Shown here piece by piece: positions 27,101 through 40,652 of a DNA stretch of 64,000 nt. Positions within the stretch are counted from its first letter, which is position 1, and the number at the start of each line of letters is the position of its first letter. Both the position numbers and the translations under genes were made by a program. The notes beneath the pieces were generated by a model. That model was not told the DNA's origin. It searched no databases and was given only the letters and a program-made list of their open reading frames with translations. The stretch is from Vicugna vicugna (taxonomy: Eukaryota): NCBI GenBank assembly GCA_013265495.1, contig MU058781.1, positions 848,963 to 912,962 on the forward strand, read 5' to 3'.

Positions 27101-28964
27101 GCTGTGAGATCAATGTAACCTTGAAGGATGCATGGTAACTGCAGTGACATCAGAAAAAGACACGTGAGGAAATACAGGAATGGGAAATGTATTAATTCAC
27201 AACAGCTCATAGCTGGATTTGCATCCATTCATAATCATGATTAATCGTGAGCACTGTCCAAACATTGCTATGTCATGAGACATCTTATTCTGGATTTTTG
27301 AAATAATTTAAACCTCTGCCTTTACTGTCCTGTGAATGATCAATGTCGCCTGGACCCAGGTGACATGATTATTTGTGGGTAGCTGCCGTGTTTGATTCTG
27401 ATGAGCATTGGGAAGTATGTATTTCTAAAACAAAACAAATAATTTTCATTGAATTATTTTGACAGCATTAAGCAGAATATGGTAAAAAAAAAACAAAACA
27501 CTCTTATTGGACTCAGGCCAGGATGACCAAGGTTGGAATGGCATTTCAGTCACTTACTTTAAGCTGCTTGACTTTCAATTCCCCCATTAGGAAAATGAGA
27601 ATTAGAACCTATGTTTCATGATTCTACAAATAGGAGAGGTGACAAAGAAGTAAAATGGCTGAGTCTATGTTTTTGTTATTATTATTTATGATTACTTGGA
27701 AACAATCATTAGATAATTTTTCTTAAGTAATTTAGCAAGTGAACATGTTATTAATATCGCATAGGCTTACAAAAACATAAACTTTCAATGCATAACATTT
27801 AAGTTGGATTTTTGTTTGCAGAATACAGTACTTGAGAGTAAATGTAACAAAGTGGTATTTATAATGATTTTTTTTCCCTAGGAAAGCGGCCATCCAAACA
27901 CTCTGAGAATCGTTACTCCATTGGTATTACCATGTGATCTCTTTATAGTGGATCTTGGGTTTCCTGACCTTAAAGCAACTGTCACTTCTATGCACACATT
28001 TCTCCTAAATATATATCTCAGGACCAAATGTTTCTTATGAGTTCAGCTGTATATATTCACTTGCATGCTGAACTCTGGTTTCCCTCTGTTGGAGACTGTC
28101 TTGGGGCATATATTGTACCACAAAGGTCACCAATGTGCTCCTCCGACACAGAGGGCCCTCCACTCTCATAAGGCTCTTCCTTCAGTGGTATGGAGGATGG
28201 GAGGGGGTTGGTGGCATTACTGCTTGCTTTGTCACCCTCCTAACCCCAGCCTCTCCTAGAAAGCAGAGAGGCCACATTCAAAGTTTTAAATAATCTTTTC
28301 TTTATTTTTTTATTCTGCTGAAAGACCATCAACTCAGTCACTTCAAAAATATCAGACCTCTTATATTTCCCACGCACGTGCCATGGTACAGGAATTTAGA
28401 AATAGAGGCCACTACGTTAATGTCTTATCTCATCTACCCTGCTGTAGGCTTCCTAAGGACACATCTCATCATATATTCTAGGTTTCAGGACTTTAGCAAA
28501 TAGCAAATGAAATGATAAAAGATGAGACCCCCTTTGATGATTTTTTAAAACTCGGCCCCTGTCCCCTTTAACACATTCCATTTGAGACTGCATACCGACA
28601 CTTTTATTGTGGAAACCTTGAGAAGGAATGCTGCATTTGAAGGCAAACTATCATTTTTGCATGTCTCTTAATGCACATATTTTAATTCATATGAAAAATA
28701 AGACCACCTTTTGTCTTGGGGAAATCATTGAACTGGACCATTTGCTTATTGAAAGGGAAAGTTTGATTCCGTTAAAATGTGGGGAAACTGTTGAGCATAT
28801 TATTAACTGTCATCTTCACTGTGTAGAGTTGCATTTCCTAAAGTTTCCTTTTGAAAAACTGTTATTATATTTTCTTTTCTTGAGTTTCATGGCAGTGAGA
28901 CTCTAGACTGCAGGTAGAGTAGGGGATATATGCACTGGACACTCCCTAATGAGAAAGAAAACTC

Positions 28965-29070
28965 GGGGCAGGGTGGGTACAGCTCAGTGATAAAGCAAAT
29001 TCTTAGCATGCATAAGGTCCTCGGTTCAATCCCCAGTACCTCCATTAAAAAATTTAAAAAAGAAAAAAAA
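28965..29070 (+). mobile_element. Camelid tRNA-derived SINE (Vic-1/VicSINE type)
   Basis: A-box cagctcagtg, cttagcatgcataaggtcc, B-box ggttcaatcc, ccagtacctcc, A-rich tail. Confidence 0.85.
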
Positions 29071-29774
29071 GATTAATATGGAGGGGCAGTGGGATGATAT
29101 GGGCCAAAGGGAAACAGGCAAAGGTTCTGGTCTCGTGAATTCTTGAAAAAAAACAAAAACTAAACCACTTAAAAAATAATAATAATAATTTGTTTCTATT
29201 ACCCAGGATCATACAGACAAATACGAGGGAGTTGAGGAGGGGAAATAAAAGCATGCCTCATCTTCACATCATACAGGGATAAGTAAAAGTCTCTATACTA
29301 TTCCTACACTAATTTTTAAAGAGATTAGAAGAACACATAAGCTGACATGAGTAATTTTTAAATTTAGCCACTAATGAAATACAAAATAAGAGTTACATTT
29401 AGAAGTCATGGAGTGATAAAAAACATACACATTTCAGATGGCAAAAAGCACAGCATCAAGGAAATGTAGAAGAAGGCAGAATATCCAACAGTTTATAAAA
29501 CAAGATGACAGAACCGGTTAGTCAACGGAAGTGCTGGGAACAGTGGAAAACATTATAAATTGTCTTACTGAAGACAAGATTCATACTAGATTTTAAAAAT
29601 TCAAGTACAGGCTGCTCACAGGGAAATTAAAAAAACCAATATGAAAAGGTTAATAATAATAGCGTATCTGCAAGGTGCCAGACCGTTCTTCTAATTGCCT
29701 TAGCGAGATGCCCACATCCAACTGAAGTAAATGCTAGTATCATCATTTATTGTTGATTTCTATTCTTTCCGTTC

Positions 29775-30143
29775 TGATAGACCTAATTTTTATTAAGTGA
29801 CTATCCCTCCCTTTGCGGCCTTGCTCTGGAAAAACTGACCAGCCCTCCAGCTCCTAAGAGCAGCCTCGTGGACACCCGATCCAACATTTCACTTACGAGA
29901 CCAATGAGATAGAAAGCAAAAAAGGGACGCTGACAAGACCATTTCCTTGCTCATGGAAATAGGATCTCATGTCTCTGGATGTGAAACCTTAGCCTGCAGT
30001 GAACCCTTACAACCCTGCATAAGGCCGGCCTGAGGATGAGGCTACCAGACAGAGGAGGCACAGCAGAGGGCATTTCAAGGAAATGAAGCAGGATAAAGCC
30101 AAACTAATTTGAGCTGGAGTCAGCTAGGCAGTCCTAACTGACA
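29775..30143 (+). mobile_element. Old MaLR LTR (MLT1J/K-like) inserted in a MIR
   Basis: gaccaatgaga...cctgaggatgaggctacca...cagagggc...taaagccaaactaatttgagctgg...gtcctaactgaca. MIR halves at about 29650-29750 and 30144-30220 (ctttacagatgaggaagc). Confidence 0.55.
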
Positions 30144-33100
30144 TTCTCACTTTACAGATGAGGAAGCGGAGAAAGAGAATTGAGTAGGCAGCATCAGTGT
30201 TAAACTCTGCTACTTTTTCTACAGATTTGCTCTTAACTAACATCCTGGACTAACAAGGATTCATAGAAGTATAAAGACAATACGTGTGGAAATACCGACT
30301 GATACAAAATAGTGTTCAAGCTAAAAGGAAAAAATGATTAATTCATACCCTGAAAGGTAAAGTCATGGCCATGACTGCTAACTAGCTCTAAAAATATCCT
30401 TAAGTCCAAAATTCTTAAACATATAAGAGAATTGTAATGCCATTACAGTAGAACTATAAGCAGTCACTTGAGTTTTTGATATGTGTTCAAAGACATAAGG
30501 TATTTTAATACACTAATAAAGACAGGATTAATGGATACTCTAGAAGAAGACGTATCAGTTGTAAATCCTACAGAGAATAATCTTTTTTTCTAAGTGTACA
30601 TTAAATATTTATATAAATAACCATGTGTTAGACCGTAAAGGAAAATCTCAATAAAATTTAGTAAAAAAGTATACAAGCTAAGCACATTCTCAAAATACAT
30701 TAAAATTAGTTAGAAACTTACCATGTAAATTTAAATAAAAAGCATCAAACTGTTTGGAAATTAAAAACATAACAATACAACAAATAGCCTCTTCTAAATA
30801 CAAAGTAGGTAAGAAAAGAAATCAAAACTGCAATTAATTACAACTCAGAAAATAAAAGAAGAATATACAATGAAATACAAGATAATGTAACCAAATCTGT
30901 AAATACTTATAGACAGATTAAATCTTGTAGCCAGATTCACAGATGGGCACAAATGCTTTTAATGCCTAATTGAAAAAAAAAAATCCAACAAAGATGTTAG
31001 AAGAAAGAACATATTTAAAGAAAATAAACGTAAAAGTAAAAATTAAAGGAATTAAATTGATACATAAATCCATTAGCTATGATTTTGAAGAGAACAAAGC
31101 AAAACAGATAATAATCCTTGTCTCATCTAGGCCAGGGAGGAAAAAAGTGGATAAAGATAAAATTTAAACTATAAATAATGAAGCAGATCTGTAGCATACA
31201 GTGGAAAAACCAAGTTCTGTAACAGTGGTGTCTTTTTCTCTGGGGCGGCACCAGGTCCTCTTTTAGCAAACTGGTGTGCTTGGATTACAGAAGTCTATTT
31301 TCAGGAGGAGCTAAGGTGTTTCTTCATAAAGTACTCACGATCAGCGAAGCCAAGCCTTGCTCGCCCATCAACAGATTTTTTAATCAACAGAGAGAACTGG
31401 TTCTGGGTACAGGATGGTCTTTCTCACTCTAACTTGTCTTCAATTTCAGCCTCCTGTCATTCCAAACTGAAGTTACCTGCCTCCAGTGTATTCTGAGGAT
31501 GTGTTAACTAAGCAGTACACACGGGGTCCTAACTTAAGACATCTTGAATCAGATGCCCCTTGGCTGGTTCCCGGGTCTCCTTGTGGGGTGTATAACCCCA
31601 CAGACAGGGCAGAAAGTTCTCTCTTACATTTCGGTTCCGTTAATGGCTTTTTGCCTTGAGGAGATCAGAACTTACAACTTCTTCACTGGGATCAATGACC
31701 AGAGGGAGTTAGCATCAGGAGAGAGAAAAGATGGTGCCTCTGGGGAGAGCCTGGGCTTTGCAGGCTCTGGTACTTGATGGAAAACAGCGGCTGCTGCAGC
31801 CCTGGCAGCCCCAGGAAGCCAAGGACGTTGGGGGGCTGACATCAGGAGCTGTGAGTGGACAGGACTGACTCATTGCTGAGCACCCAGGACTCCCTGAAGA
31901 TACACAAAGATGCCTCAGTCACTTTTCGGAGAGGAGCTTTTATGCAGAGAGAGTGTGCACACCAGAGAAATGGAGGTTCGGGACATGAAGATGTTTTATA
32001 TAAATATAACGACATATAATTCTGTAAACAAATTAGTAAAGCTCCACAAAGTTGAAAAAAATTCTGGGAAAATATAAATCCCCCCAAATGAGCTAACTAA
32101 AAAGAAAATCTCAGTAACCAAGAAATATCTTTTCAAAACTTATTTCAAAAAGGGCTCTATGTCAGAGCACTTGACTGGTGAGCACCATAATAGTTTCAAA
32201 AGTAGAATTATTCTCTTGCTATTGAAAACGTTTCAGGCCAAAAAATGGTAATTTTTATAAAACTAGCATAATCAAAAAATCCAAAACATAGATAATGTTG
32301 CAAAAAAGAAATAATAGCTCAAGCTCACTTATTACTGAATGATTCAAAATCTTAATCGTTATTAGGAAAAATATTCTTTAGTGTAATAAGAATTTATCTC
32401 CCTCAACCAAGTAGCATTTGTCTTCAAAATACAAAGTTATTTTAGTACTGGTAAATCTATTACTATGGTATATTACATTAAAAAGTTGAAAGAAAAGCGT
32501 ATTCCAAAACCTCAATAAAAGTTGAAATTTCAGAATACATTCTTGATAAAATCCCAAGAAAACCAGAAAAAGAAGGATCCTTATTTGACATTAAAAAGAT
32601 GATTTATCTTAAACCAAGAGCCAACATAATTCTCAGCAATGGCATACAAGAGGGAATCTGAATGAAAACCAAGTTATCACTGGTGCTATTCGAAATGGTT
32701 CTGAAGTTACGGATAACGTCAATTCGGTAAGATACAAATTTAAAATAAGAAATACAATCACTGGGGAATAAGGACTGGGCAAAATGGCTTTACTATTCCA
32801 GAAAACTAAAGAGAATAAATACGGGGAAAAGTCTCCAGTTATATTAATAAGAGAGTCCAGAAAAGAAATCAGACACAAAATAAAAATCCTATTAAATCAG
32901 TAACTTGCCTATTTAAGGACACAAGCAGTTAAAAGATTTAACGTGAAAAAAAGATTTTATTTAAAGCAAATTTAAAATAACTAGAAAGTCTCTTAAAATG
33001 TATCTAACCTATATAAAGAACACTGTAATATTTCCTTGAGGGACCTAAAAATTAAAATATTAATTAGTTAATTATTTTATATGTCTGGAATGCAGATTTC

Positions 33101-33178
33101 AAGTTATAAATATTTTTGAGATGAAAGGCTCCCAGACAAGAAGATTATTGATAAAACAGACTCACAAACTAATCTGTC

Positions 33179-33302
33179 CAGGCAGTCCTCACCGTGCACA
33201 GTACCGTGTAACCTAAACCCTACGTTTGCTGGACAGAGTCCTTGCTTTGCACACGCCCACGATGTGAATTTCAGTGAGCCGTGCACAGCGAGGACCGTCT
33301 TG
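33179..33302. mobile_element. Short non-autonomous Tigger-type (TcMar) DNA element with terminal inverted repeats
   Basis: 5' caggcagtcctcaccgtgcac versus reverse complement of the 3' end caagacggtcctcgctgtgcac. Confidence 0.7.
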
Positions 33303-33727
33303 CAAAGTTAAAGAAGTTCCAGTTACGATTCTGATGACATTTTTCTTTCCAACCTTGACAATATGACTCTTAAATTTCATCTAAAAGAAGAAATAAATGT
33401 ATGTAATATATATTTATATTATTACCTATTATATATTATTATAATATACATATATATGTAATAAATGGCAGAGCAATGAGAATAACATCGTGTGATTAGA
33501 TATGAGAATTAATGAGAAACAATTAAAATGCTATGGTCTACAAAATTTGACGACAAATGTAATAAAATATTTAGCCCCCCAAATAGATTCAAGCGTATGA
33601 ATGTCTTTAATATTTAAGAGAAGCTTGACTGATAAAGAAATGGGGGACTTTTCATTGGATTCTCATGATGCCACATACCAAAGTAAATTCCAAGATACAG
33701 CAAAGTTTTAAATGTTTAGAGTAAAAC

Positions 33728-33751
33728 CACACACACACACACACACACACA
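33728..33751 (+). repeat. (CA)12 microsatellite
   Basis: Directly visible. Confidence 0.95.
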
Positions 33752-36399
33752 AACTAATAATGATCTTAGACAAATTAACTAATCTGGGGGGGTAGAGAAG
33801 AACTTAGAAGTCATAAAAACAATGAAAAAACTCAGAAAGAAAAATTTAAGTCACTACAAATTAAAAAAAAATCAGTCATTATTAAAAGGCTAGTGACAAA
33901 CTGGAAATATGTTTGTAACAAAAAACTGCTAAGCCAAAGGAAAACATGATAGTTGTAATCAGTAATGAGCTCTGACAATTTAAAAATAAAAATCACTAAT
34001 ACCTCAACAGGAAAATGGCAAATGTCATAAGTGAGTAAGTCACAGAAGAAATGCAAATAGGCATTAAACATGTAAAAATTTTCAGGTTTATTAACAATCA
34101 AAAAATACAAATTAAGATAATGAAATCTTATTTCAGATTGGCAAAGGTATTTTTCTAAAAAAAAGGATGATATTCAGTGCTGCTACGGATGGGTTAGAAT
34201 GTACAGTGTCCGGCATCGCTGGTGATAATGTGAGCTATTACGCTTCTAGAGGGTAGTTTGATACCAGGTCTTTCAAAATTTTTATATCTTCTGACTTGGA
34301 AATTCTACTGCTAGAAAATGAACCTAATAAAGTTAGCACATGTGGACCAGATTTATGTACAAAAAATGTTAACTGTTTATTATTCATAATAGCGTAAAAT
34401 TAGGGAAGAAAGTGCTTGAATGTTAAATACTAGGAAATAAATTATATCAGTGTAGGTACTCCCATACAATGGACTCATACAAATATTAACATCATATGTT
34501 CATGAACATTTAATTACACTGGAAAATGCTTTCAGCATATTGGAACATATATATAGTATGACCTAAATTTTGATAAGATTTGGAAATTATACACCACTTA
34601 CATTTTCTCCTTTATACTTTTTCTGTCCACGGTTGAATTTCTTTCAAGAATGAGCACATATTCATCAGCAATTAAATAAGCATCATTCAAAAACTAAATA
34701 TTTTTTCTCAAGAAACAAAGGCGCTCCCTTTGAGGGACTTGAGCCTATTTGTCTAATTGAAGAAAAAAAAATCCTGTTTCTTTAAATTCAAGCTTTGTGT
34801 TGGGCCGCCCCTGGGAGGTTGGGCTGAATTTTCCCCATTAAGCAGTTTCCTAAGGAGAAACCACCTGATCAAGCACTCACTGCACCAATTTCTTCAGATT
34901 TTTAATTTCAAAACATTTCACTTGGCAAAGGGAGAGCAGGGAGCCCTGTCAGTGACTGCTGGTATTTGGCAATGACAGTGGAAACACAGGAAGGAGCGGA
35001 GCTTCAGAGCAAGCCAGCACACTTTAATCAGCTTCGAGTCGTGGAAGAGCCAAGATTTACAAGGGCCTCCCACCCCTAGGTATAGACAAAGTGACATCCA
35101 GTGTAGCTGCAAAGTTTTATGGCCATGTTATCACTCAGGGAACAGAGACACAAATGCAGAGGGATTGGAAGGAGAGAACATAATGTTTTCACACACTAAG
35201 CTTAATTTCAATATTGTTTCATGCTCCTGGGGCGTCCTGACTAATGACTGTAAAACTCCATTGTTTCAAAAATCAGTAGTTCCCAAGGAAAACTGCACAT
35301 TTGATGACTCAGGTGTCAGGGGATGGTATACTGGTGGCCTCACCCACAACAGGGCACGCTTAAGTTGGCCCCAATTTTGGGGAAAAGATCTGCAGAAAAT
35401 GTCAAAGGATGAAAGAAAACTTTTGTTTGTTTGTTTTGCACTTGGCACCAACTGAATTTTAAAAAAGGAAAGAAAAATAAAGAAAAGCATAATGCCAAGA
35501 ATATTCTAACGAGTCATGCCTATAATTTCACAGTCGCTCTAGGGTACTTTTAACTTACGTGACCAGTCTGTGTGTGATCGGGTGGGGGACACATGCAGCT
35601 TTTGAACTTGACAGCATTGCACAGCTAATGTTTCCATAACCACCCCCCCTATTTGTGAACAATTTCTTCTTGTATTATATATTGTATCTACAGCTGCGCT
35701 ATGTTCAGTGGCCATAAAACCATCCATTTGTGTAATCTCGGGGCAAAAAACATCACAAAGAGAAGCAATGGGACTGGGAAAATGATCCATCTTCATTTAT
35801 GCATTTAAAATTTTTCTCACTGTGATAGCCTGGTGAGGTGGATATCTTCTTGTGAAAACCACAGAGAGCCAGCTGCCTCTTCCTAGTCCAACAAACATCA
35901 GTAGAGACAATAACATTAAGGATTCATAATCCCACATAGAAGTACACCACATTATCCTAACTAAATTTTCTCCTTTTGCATCCCCAAGACTTATTAATAC
36001 ACGGGATAAAAAGCTATGGGAGCTCTCGCTTGCACAGTGTGTATGATGGATATCATATTCCAGCTGTTCAGTTTGGAAGCCCTTGTCCCAGATTCATCAA
36101 GTTCTAGTGGAAATAAACAGAATGTGTGTATCTGATTCTCACAGTTCATCTGAGCACGCGCTCTTCATTTCTCGTCTCTTACATGCCAAAAATACTACCT
36201 GAATCACAAATGTTCTCCATTTTTCTCTTTGCAGTTTTATCTCAGCCGAGTCGGGGTTTTGCCACCAGACTATGATAAATACCTCCAACATTTGAAGCCC
36301 TTTCCTGGGGAAGATACAGCGATTTTAGCCACATTATTATGCCGTCTCCTTGGCTCTTCCTTCTCCATTACAAGGCCTCTACACACATCGTCTTCAGGA

Positions 36400-36670
36400 C
36401 TAGGGGCTTCTCCCTGTCAGCTCTCAACCCTCTCTTGACATTTTCTCCCTGGACTTTAACTACTATCTACCTGTTGATGACTTTCAAATAATTGTTGCTC
36501 TTCCAGACTTCTCCTTTGAGCTGCAGACTTTGTATCCAACTGACTATTTGACGTCTGCATATGTACATCCATTAGGCATCTCAAATTTAACATGGCTGAG
36601 ATCAAACCATTGATTTCTAGGCTCCCCTGCTCCTTTGTTATTTGGGTTTTCACCATCACCACAGTAAATG
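36400..36670 (+). mobile_element. L2 remnant
   Basis: gatgactttcaaat...ccagacttctcctttgagctgcagact...tatccaactgactatttgac...ggcatctcaaatttaacatg. Confidence 0.7.
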
Positions 36671-37339
36671 CCTCTGAACCATTCCCTAATTACACAGATT
36701 TAGTATCTGGGTGTGGACTTTCATTTCTTTCTTTCTTTCCTTCCTTTTATTTTTTTTTTTTTTTACATTCTCGAAGAATTTTTAATACCACGACATAACA
36801 GAGCCATTCTCTCTCCTTCAAGAAAAACTACCTTCTTTTAAGGATATTTTCACAGAGGTCAATTCAGCTATTAACTTTTCAGTTACAAATATGTTGTGTT
36901 AAATAAATATGGCAACAATAATACTAATGCTACTAATAGTATAAATTTAAATGCACGGAATTATTCAGTTCCAATGCAAAAAACACAAACAAATAGACAA
37001 ATTATAACACCAGGTGCACCGCCAGTACACAGAAGAACAGGTAAGTTTTCAGTTCGTCTAGGGCTAGAGGCTCCAGATTGCCCTGGCAGCAAGTTTTTTG
37101 TGCCTGAGTTATTCTGTCATGCACATTGAGTTATCTATAGTGGAGTTCTGTGATTAGATTTCCATGTGGAGTCCTTCATTCAAGATGTAAAGTTTTATGT
37201 CTCCTGATGTCACTGAGAGACATTTTATAGTAGAAGAGTGCAAGACATTTTTGTGACTACTCTTAAAATAAGGAGGTTGGCTGTACCATCTAGTTCTTTC
37301 CAACGCTAATGCTGTAGCCCATCTTCTATACCTAACGTG

Positions 37340-37760
37340 CTGGATTAATTCTCTTAGTTTTTCCTTTCAAGAGGATGTTTTATTTAACCTTCATTCCTGA
37401 AGGATATTTTAATTGGATACAGAATTCTGACTTGACAGTTTTTTTCCCCAGCACTTTAAAGGTATTCTTTCACTGCAGTCTGACCTACGTTGTTTCTGAT
37501 CAGCAATCCCCTGCATGCAGTGTGTCGCTTTTCTCTGGATGCTTTCAGGATTTGCCTCTCTGTCTTTGATTCTTAGCAATTTCGTTCTGTTTCAGGGTGT
37601 GGTTTATTTTGAGCTTGTCTTGATTAGAATTTGCTGAGCTTCTTGGATCTTAAATGTATGTTGTTTATCAAACTGGGGACTTTTTCACCGTTATTTCTTC
37701 ATTATTGTTTTGTTTTTTGGCACCAATCTCTATTCTCCTGGGATTTTACACACAACTGTT
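37340..37760 (-). mobile_element. Old L1 ORF1-region fragment
   Basis: ccttcattcctgaaggatattttaattggatacagaattct...cagcactttaaag...ttgctgagcttcttggatc. Confidence 0.7.
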
Positions 37761-39326
37761 AACTCTTTTGCCAGGTAATCAGCACTGCACATAAAGCTTC
37801 TGATAGCCAACTTCTATGTAACAACAGTTCAGATTTCTTTTTGCATTACTTAGTCATATGGCCTATGCTTTGGGGTAACTCTATGATTGATCCTTTGAGA
37901 GGTTTTATCAAATATCTAACAACCGCAGAGACTCCTTGATAAACATTACATATATAATTCTTAATTTTACAAATAATAAATACAAAGAACGGGAATATAC
38001 AGGCTTCCCATTTCTGTAGCGACTTTTATGAAAGGAAGTTGACACACTTAAAGTCTTATTCCCACATGTGAATTTTAATATTCTGATCTTTAACATCAAA
38101 TAAACCCTGAGGTTTTGGTTCTTGATTTTTTTTTTTTTTTAACTGCAGCCTGGTGGTCTGTCTGTGATCAACTTTATGTGTGAGGAAAAAATAAAATTTT
38201 ATTTGCTGTTTGCAGACTAAATAATTCTTTTAAAGAAGAAAGTCTATTGATGTTGGAAGCAACATGATGCCTCTTGGGGTGATGGGTGACCTGGCTGAAA
38301 GCACCTTCTGCTTTCTCATCTTTCTTCGCATTCTTTTAATTAAGAAGTAAGATTAAAGGTTCACTATCAGGCACATTTCCTAGTCTTGGTAAAATAAGAT
38401 TATTTTAAGAAATCCGACAGGCTCAAGATGTCATGTTAAATATGAGAGCCTCCTCTCTCATATTTCCTCCTTCAGGTAGCATGTTAAAATCTTTGTTCCT
38501 TCACACTGTTCCCTCACTATGACCCAGCAGCATGGTCACCCTACCTCTGTCTGCTTCCTGATAATATAAATATGTATTTCCCCCTGTAGGAATGCCGTAA
38601 TTATGGTATGGTAAAAATGGTATTGTTGTATCACTGAGCTTGTCATGGGAGAATTCTGTTCCCAGAAAGACAAGACCTGAATTTCTCCCTGAATTCCGAT
38701 AATACCTCCTGTCAGTCACCAGAGGTTTGCAAGTCGCCTTGTGGGGGAGGGTGTGTCTCTCGGACCAGAAAATGAACTCCATAAAGATCTTGTTTTTGCT
38801 ACCATCAGGGACCCCCCCCCCCCCAAGAGTTTCCTTTGTTTAGCAGCAAACTGGGAGTTAAAGAGCAAGGAAGGAGGAAGTTCCTAAAATTTTATAAGGG
38901 CTCTTTGGAGTAAAGGTGTGGTAGCTGTGTCGCCCAAGTGACATTTAACAGGGCAGGGTCTTCCCACTGAGCAAATTAGCCACGGCAGGATCAGAAACTG
39001 GCTTGCAAGCTTGAATTTTTTTACATTTTCATCTTGCTTCCCTGCTAAGTGTTTGACGAATTCCTTTGCAAGCTGAGGGCTAATGGCGCTATGGTGAAAT
39101 ACCCAAGGAAGGAGCGTTTCCCCACACTTCTGTTAGAATGCGAAAGCGAGAGGAAGGCGTCTGCTTCTCAGCTGAGGTCACAGGGGTGATTCAGGGGAGA
39201 AGCCCAAAAGGAGATGACGTTAAGGTGGACCCTTCTGGCATCACTTGACTGAACCACAATCCATACATGGCGATTACCTTTTCAATAGTAAAGCCTTTTT
39301 AAAGGGCTTTTTTTCCTGTGATTTTT

Positions 39327-39680
39327 TTAAAACAATCTTTTAAAAATTTTTATTTGCTTTTATTAAAGTACAGTTGATTTACCACGTTGTGTTAGTTTCT
39401 GGTGAAAGTGTAGTGATTTTGTTACACATATATATTCTTTTTCCTTATAGGTTATTACAAGATATTGAATGTTGTTCCCTGAGCTATACAGAAGGACCTT
39501 GCTGTTCATCTGTGTTACATATAGCAGTTCGTGTCTGCTAACCCCAAGCTCCTAATTTATCCTTTCCCCTTTGGAAACCAGAACTTTGTTTTCTATGTCT
39601 ATGAGATCTCTTTCTATTTCGTAGATAAGTTCATTGGTATATTGTTTTAGAGTTCACATATAAGTGATATCGTACGATAT
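39327..39680 (-). mobile_element. 5'-truncated young L1 3' end with TSD
   Basis: ttattaaagtacagttgatttac...ttataggttattacaagatattgaat...gttcacatataagtgatatc. Direct repeats ttttcctgtgattttt (39311-39326) and tttttctgtgattttt (39681-39696). Confidence 0.9.
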
Positions 39681-40124
39681 TTTTTCTGTGATTTTTAAGA
39701 AGGAAACAAGTTCTCTCATGCCATCCCTACCTGACGTGGTCCCTGAAGCTTCAGCTCCCACAGAACTGATTCATTATTGCATTAATAACTGCCTCAGATT
39801 GTTTTCTACTTTTTAAAAGGATGATTCTAAATAGAACTGTACCCATTCTAAATAGAACTGTATGCTCTTTGAAGTTAGCAGTGTGAGTTATAATTCACTA
39901 TATTTTTACAAAAATTATAACATACTCTGGAGCATGAGATACATATTCAATACTTTCAAAATGTAGATTGCAACCTAGACTTTAAAATTATGTTTAATAT
40001 TTAACAGTGCAAGTTGTATCATATTCAACAAACTAGAAACCTCTGTCCCCAATTCTTTTGTGAAATATAATGTCATATTATATATTATTATTATGAAATT
40101 CAAATCGCCGTGGAGGAAACAGAG

Positions 40125-40295
40125 AGAACAGGAGACCCAAGTTTCAGTCCCGGCTTTGCCTCTGACTAGAAGCACTGCCCAAGTCTGGGAGTCTCTCTTA
40201 AGTCTCTGTATAATCATTAAATAGGGAAATAAAAACTTTTGCTTAAAGTTATAGCAATTCATTAAAATGATAAACGTGAAAGCCGCTCACAGTGG
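40125..40295 (+). mobile_element. MIR remnant
   Basis: ggagacccaagtttcagtcccggctttgcctctgactag...attaaaatgataaacgtgaaagc. Confidence 0.65.
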
Positions 40296-40652
40296 CAGTA
40301 GGATTAGCAGTGTTGTGTTAATCACCCCAGGATCTAGACAAGCACTGTTGCGGATTTAGCTGGAGAAGGTGTTCTTTAATAGGAGGGTACAAAGCCTTCC
40401 AAGTTAAGTACTGAACTTTGTAAAAGGAAGTAATACAATACTGCTTAGATGTATCTTATAAACTGGAATATTCATAGTTACAGTCATTTACATCAAATGA
40501 CTGAAAGAAGATATTCAAGAGGATCCCCAATTACAAATTATAAAAGTCAAGTAGTTTTTCTCCTTCAAGATAATATTGCCATTCGATGAAAGAAAATGGA
40601 TCAGTGATTTAGTGATAAATAAGCAAGAAAGCTAAGGATAAACACACACCCA

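Larger units (their letters stand above)
30290..34620 (+). mobile_element. Long degenerate L1 (ORF2 and 3'UTR remnants, L1M/L1ME-age) with nested insertions
   Basis: A-rich L1 ORF2-like text: atctttttttctaagtgtacattaaatatttataaataaccatgtgttagaccgtaaaggaaaatctcaataaa; tgccacataccaaagtaaattccaaga; aggaaaatggcaaatgtcataagtgagtaagtcacagaagaaatgcaaataggcattaaacatg. Many stops and frameshifts. Confidence 0.75.
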
